Shown piece by piece: positions 60,159 to 64,000 of a stretch of DNA of 64,000 bases; positions within the stretch are counted from its first letter, which is position 1; the number at the start of each line of letters is the position of its first letter. This DNA comes from Candidatus Moraniibacteriota bacterium (lineage in GTDB: Bacteria > Patescibacteriota > Minisyncoccia > Moranbacterales > UBA1568). The stretch spans positions 565,458 through 629,457 of the forward strand of contig JAUSGT010000002.1 in the NCBI GenBank assembly GCA_030648835.1. The letters are read 5' to 3'. Below the pieces are notes generated by a model, which was given only the letters and a program-made list of their open reading frames with translations, searched no databases and had not been told where the DNA came from. Both the position numbers and the translations under genes were made by a program.

Positions 60159-60229
60159 TGGACCTGGGGAGAATCGAACTCCCGCCTCCGCAATGCGAAT
60201 GCGGCGTACTACCACTTTACTACAGGCCC
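60159..60229 (-). tRNA. tRNA-Ala(CGC)
   Basis: GGGCCTG..CCGCA TT CGC AT TGCGG..GTTCGATTC..CAGGTCCA; G3:U70 pair. Confidence 0.94.
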
Positions 60230-60317
60230 TTTAAATAGAATCAGGAATCTTGATTTATGAATTATGAATGATGATAAATTCCAAAACAGACGAATTTTAG
60301 CATAAATAAAGGAAAAG

Positions 60318-60797
60318 TCAACCAATATCATCAAGGTTTTTGACTTTCAAAATTTCTTTTTCTAGGATAACATCCCCCGCGCCGAAAAGAAATTTGGTGC
60401 GGAATTTCTTGCCCGAGAGAAAAATCGGCATCCAAAAACGATCATCCGGCCACATCGTATCGTAGGGAATATCCGCAAATGCAAACCACTCCGGCCGCAT
60501 CTCTTCCGTCTCGATCGGCTCGCCGGAAAAAGTATCTGCACGAAAAACATGCACCTCCAGAATTTCTTCCATTTTATTCTCAAACTGAAACTCGTTAATG
60601 GCTACTTGCTCCATATTCCGAATAACAATACCGCACTCTTCTAGTGTTTCTCGCTTCGCGGCCTCCTCGATAGTTTCTCCGGATTCAACTTTCCCACCGA
60701 AACCATTCCATTTGCCCACTCCGAATCCGCGCTTCTTCATCCCGAGTAATATGTTCCCATCCTGGATAACCAAACACAACGTCAAGACCTTGCGCAT
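60318..60797 (-). CDS. Nudix hydrolase, MTH1-like 8-oxo-dGTPase
   Basis: KKRGFG.GKWNGFGGKVE..RETLEE, ETEEM.P.WF, MWPDD.FW. Confidence 0.88.
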   Translation of the reverse strand: MRKVLTLCLVIQDGNILLGMKKRGFGVGKWNGFGGKVESGETIEEAAKRETLEECGIVIRNMEQVAINEFQFENKMEEILEVHVFRADTFSGEPIETEEMRPEWFAFADIPYDTMWPDDRFWMPIFLSGKKFRTKFLFGAGDVILEKEILKVKNLDDIG

Positions 60798-61023
60798 AAG
60801 CCTACTTCCGAGAATTATATTTTTTTATTAATTCCACATTATTTGTTGAATTACTCTTTTCAGTGTATACTCGAGATGCGAGGATGAGACAAGGTTATGT
60901 CAAGGGAGAGTGTGTCGGTATCTGAACAGATACCACTATAAAAATAACATTTTTTATATACCAACACCCCCTTCCCCATTTCCATCCATCCTCGCTCTCC
61001 CTCCTCTTCATGAGGTTTTTTTG

Positions 61024-61455
61024 TTACCACAAAGCGAAAATCACGCTCATCACAAGCATTGAAACCAGTGGGTAGCAAGTGTCGATAGCCCACAGCTTCT
61101 TGGATTTCCCCGTGAACAAGGTATTGATAAATGACGTCGTCGCGATGAACCCCAGCCACGCGATGAAACCGATTTGCAGAGCATCCGCGACCGTTTCCAC
61201 AAAAAACATTCCCATAAAATATGCCAACGCGTATGCCATAATGAGCGCCCCCAGCACGGTGAATGCCCATGTTCTTTTCATACTTTGCTGCCGCTCTTCC
61301 CACGCTGCTTTTCCCTCTACCGTATCCACATTGAACCCCATAAGCGAAATCCAGGCCTTTCCGAAGAAAACCGGCGAATACCACACAAACCCGATGAACA
61401 TATGGGCTACCGCCGCGACCAGCACCGCCCAAATATTTACTTCTATCGGTATCAT
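61024..61455 (-). CDS. DUF1761-like four-TM protein
   Basis: N.WAVLVAA..IG.VWYSP..FGKAW. Confidence 0.8.
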   Translation of the reverse strand: MIPIEVNIWAVLVAAVAHMFIGFVWYSPVFFGKAWISLMGFNVDTVEGKAAWEERQQSMKRTWAFTVLGALIMAYALAYFMGMFFVETVADALQIGFIAWLGFIATTSFINTLFTGKSKKLWAIDTCYPLVSMLVMSVIFALW

Positions 61456-61456
61456 A

Positions 61457-61589
61457 CCCGGTAGTGAAATTTCGACAATCTCTCCCAAAAAAATTGTCAG
61501 AATGTTTCATTATTATTTGATTATACTATATCCGACTTGATCACCTCGCTACTCGAATTCAAAGTCCCGGTCGAAATTCTACTACCGGG
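61457..61589. mobile_element. TATG-targeting MITE, copy 3
   Basis: CCCGGTAGTGAAATTTCGAC / GTCGAAATTCTACTACCGGG; CATA on both flanks. Confidence 0.75.
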
Positions 61590-62043
61590 CATAATTTTTT
61601 TCTTCCCAGCCGAATTCGGCATAACGTGTTCCAGAGACGTAACATTCAATAGCTGTCCGGATATAGGGTACGATATTTTCTGGAAGTTCCGTTGGCAGAA
61701 ACCACTTCAAATCATCACATTTATCCGGCTCCATATTTTTGATTTCACCTTCCCAAACATCCGCCTTGAAAAAGAAATCCGCTCTTTCATGATCTCCACA
61801 CCAGCGGTGCATAGTCAGCACCAGTTCAAGCTTCGACAGATCGAGACGGATGCCGGCTTCTTCCTGTACCTCTCGGCGCAAGGCCTCGCGCAGAGTCTCC
61901 CCGCCATCAGCATGCCCGGCCACCATGCTGTACTTCCCGTCTTCATAGCCGGTTTGAAAGCGTCGCGACAGCAAAATTTTTCCCTCTTTTTCCAAGATAA
62001 GATACACCGACGGAATAAGTTTGAAACGCTCTTCTCGTTTCAT
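61582..62043 (-). CDS. Nudix hydrolase
   Basis: RR..TGY.DG..AGH..GE..REVQEEAG, N.EPDKCD. Confidence 0.88.
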   Translation of the reverse strand: MKREERFKLIPSVYLILEKEGKILLSRRFQTGYEDGKYSMVAGHADGGETLREALRREVQEEAGIRLDLSKLELVLTMHRWCGDHERADFFFKADVWEGEIKNMEPDKCDDLKWFLPTELPENIVPYIRTAIECYVSGTRYAEFGWEEKNYAR

Positions 62044-62312
62044 ACAGTAGATTTCTTTTCCAGACAATATTTTATCCACATTCTCTTGAAGAATGGCATC
62101 GTGAGCGTAGAGAGCATAAAGCCAATCGTTGGAACAACGGCATTTACCCACGGCTGAGCAACACCGATTACTCCCAAGAATAAACCGATTACCACATACG
62201 TAAACACCGCAATCAAGGCTTTTCTGGTCAAACTACCTTCCCATGCCTTGTCGGCCTCAACTTTCACGTTCCGCTCTTCGATTTTCTCGATTCTTTGCTC
62301 CAAAGTATCCAT
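62040..62312 (-). CDS. Small two-TM hypothetical protein
   Basis: RN.KVE.DKAWE.S..R; SD AAGGAG; overlaps the next start. Confidence 0.7.
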   Translation of the reverse strand: MDTLEQRIEKIEERNVKVEADKAWEGSLTRKALIAVFTYVVIGLFLGVIGVAQPWVNAVVPTIGFMLSTLTMPFFKRMWIKYCLEKKSTV

Positions 62313-62327
62313 AGTGTTGTCTCCTTT

Positions 62328-62714
62328 TTACAATGCGCGTTTTCTATACGCTTTCTTAATACGCCAGTAAGTACTTTCCGTTCCCGGCTCTTTACTGGTA
62401 TTTTTCTTCATCAGCTTGGCTGGATACTTCTTTTGCACGAGTGAAAGCTTGGTTCGGATGATTTTTTCCGTATCAAACCCCAAAAGTATAGACATCTCTA
62501 TACAGTAAATGAGCACGTCAGCTAATTCTTTTTTTATGGCTTCCATTTTCTCCTTATTTTTCTTCACCTCTGCCAACTCAAGATTTTCCCATTGGAATAT
62601 TTCGAGTAGTTCGGCACCCTCGATCATAATAGATTTCGCCACATCAGACGGCCGGAGATTATCCCAGCCACGATCCTTCAAATGCTTATAGATTTTCTTT
62701 TCCAAGTCTTTCAT
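62328..62714 (-). CDS. MazG-like nucleotide pyrophosphohydrolase
   Basis: RGW, E..ELLEIFQW, ELADV. Confidence 0.88.
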   Translation of the reverse strand: MKDLEKKIYKHLKDRGWDNLRPSDVAKSIMIEGAELLEIFQWENLELAEVKKNKEKMEAIKKELADVLIYCIEMSILLGFDTEKIIRTKLSLVQKKYPAKLMKKNTSKEPGTESTYWRIKKAYRKRAL

Positions 62715-62739
62715 ATTTAGTTGCTATGACCCTCCTTCG

Positions 62740-63210
62740 CTAAAGCTTCGGACGGGCGCAGCACTTTTTAAACCGAACGCTTGATCCACAAAGGCACAAA
62801 GGATCGCTATCAAAATAGTTTTGTGTCGATATAAAAAGAGGAGTCGGAAGCTGATTCATAGAAAACCAGCGGATAGCATCACAGTACTCCGGTTCCATAA
62901 TTTTTGGCACCCCTTTATAGCCTTTTGCACACATCGATATTGTAATGTAGTGTTTTCCTTCCTCTTCGAAGATATCATTGGTGACACCTACGACTGTCAA
63001 ATCATCCACAGCAAGATCAGACTCTTCTTTGGCTTCCCGTTTCGCGCACTCTTCGAAACTTTCACCAAATTCCAAGTGACCGCCGGGTGCACACCAGGTA
63101 TCGGCACCATGCGCTCCTTTTCTCCGAAGCAGTAACAGTTCGTTCTTGTCATTGAGAATATATACTCCCAAACCAACTTTTGGTCTTTTGTTTTCCGGAT
63201 GCTGTGCCAT
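62740..63210 (-). CDS. Nudix hydrolase (NUDT15-like) with C-terminal SEC-C motif
   Basis: RPKVG, PGGHLEFGE..RE..EE; CLCGS..FKKCC. Confidence 0.88.
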   Translation of the reverse strand: MAQHPENKRPKVGLGVYILNDKNELLLLRRKGAHGADTWCAPGGHLEFGESFEECAKREAKEESDLAVDDLTVVGVTNDIFEEEGKHYITISMCAKGYKGVPKIMEPEYCDAIRWFSMNQLPTPLFISTQNYFDSDPLCLCGSSVRFKKCCARPKL

Positions 63211-63245
63211 AATATTTTCCTATTTCATTTCCACGCCAACACAAA

Positions 63246-63467
63246 TTACTCATCTCTATACTCGAACCTCAGCGTTTTCTTTCCATCAATCTCAACACTT
63301 TCCATAAACATTTTCAGCGGTCGCACCCATAAATCATGGTTTCCATAGAGTGCTCGATACACTACCAATTCTTCGAGTGTTTCACTGTGTTGAGCCATAC
63401 CAATCACTTCGTATTCTTTCCCTTTATAATGCTTGTACTTTCCTATTTTCACTTCGTTATTTTCCAT
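63246..63467 (-). CDS. DUF1653-like protein
   Basis: Y.HYKG..Y.V..A.HSET.E.LVVYRALYG..WVRP..MF. Confidence 0.88.
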   Translation of the reverse strand: MENNEVKIGKYKHYKGKEYEVIGMAQHSETLEELVVYRALYGNHDLWVRPLKMFMESVEIDGKKTLRFEYRDE

Positions 63468-63472
63468 AGATA

Positions 63473-63874
63473 TTATTCTATTTCCAATTCCTTGAAGCCG
63501 GTACTCTTGTCGTAAGTCCTCTTGTAGGAAACATCCTCAAATATCCCTATGACAATTTCCGCCGTATATTTCACCTTGCAACCGTCTTTGAGATGGCCGC
63601 CAATCACTTTGCCCTCTTTGTCGGATACCGCAACATGTATATGACAACCATCTTCCGAGATCGTCCCCGTACCGGATACGATTTCAAACGGCTCATCCCA
63701 TTTCTTCACTGTCTGATTATCTGGTTCTGACCCAGCCATTCGAAGTACAGCATTTTCCAAACCACCTACGATAGACAACAAAACGCCGGCCTGAATATGG
63801 CTCTCTACCGCTCTTTTTTCAATCTCTTCTTTCAAAAGTTGACCTGGCTGTAATCGGAATGTCAATTGTCTCAT
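63473..63874 (-). CDS. PPC/DUF296 domain protein
   Basis: RL.PG, EIVS..GTI, HIH..GGHL..TAEI. Confidence 0.88.
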   Translation of the reverse strand: MRQLTFRLQPGQLLKEEIEKRAVESHIQAGVLLSIVGGLENAVLRMAGSEPDNQTVKKWDEPFEIVSGTGTISEDGCHIHVAVSDKEGKVIGGHLKDGCKVKYTAEIVIGIFEDVSYKRTYDKSTGFKELEIE

Positions 63875-64000
63875 AACGGATACACATTTACTTTTTGTAG
63901 TAAGACTGTAAGAGTACTTTTGTCGTGATTGCGTAAATATTACCCTTATTTATAATTTTTATAAAAATTTGAATTTTTCTCGCAAAAGACTTTCATGCAA

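Noticed and set aside
60860-61510. 216-aa alternative-frame ORF
   Set aside because: Overlaps the DUF1761-like gene, which has the convincing frame

Overview
Bacterial chromosomal window, genetic code 11. Gene content and style (SD-less core genes, FtsA-like plus baseplate-J-like pair, shortened AlaS/Pgk/HrcA) suggest a Patescibacteria/CPR (Parcubacteria-like) genome; that assignment is inference. It holds mostly housekeeping genes: envelope (GT4, LCP, GT2, TagA, mraY, ftsEX), translation (fmt, def, gltX, cysS, alaS, frameshifted prfB, rplU, rpmA, rplI), hrcA-grpE-dnaK with CIRCE, priA/dnaB/recR/scpAB, pgk/eno/pyrG, three tRNAs and a Nudix/MazG cluster. The notable signals are non-coding: (1) accessory genes sharing a promoter / boxA-like 12-mer / strong SD / ORF / bulged terminator layout; (2) a MITE family present three times, each abutting a start codon with a TATG duplication, plus two MITE-like elements duplicating a stop codon or a -35 box; (3) a leaderless Tyr-rich leader-peptide attenuator before a TyrA-ACT gene; (4) a palindromic dif-like site at 14460 where gene orientation flips; (5) an orphan tRNA 5' half; (6) a GIY-YIG gene with dispersed REP-like palindromes; (7) heptamer repeats inside essential genes. 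No CRISPR array, rRNA or transposase was seen. All annotations are by eye, without database searches.
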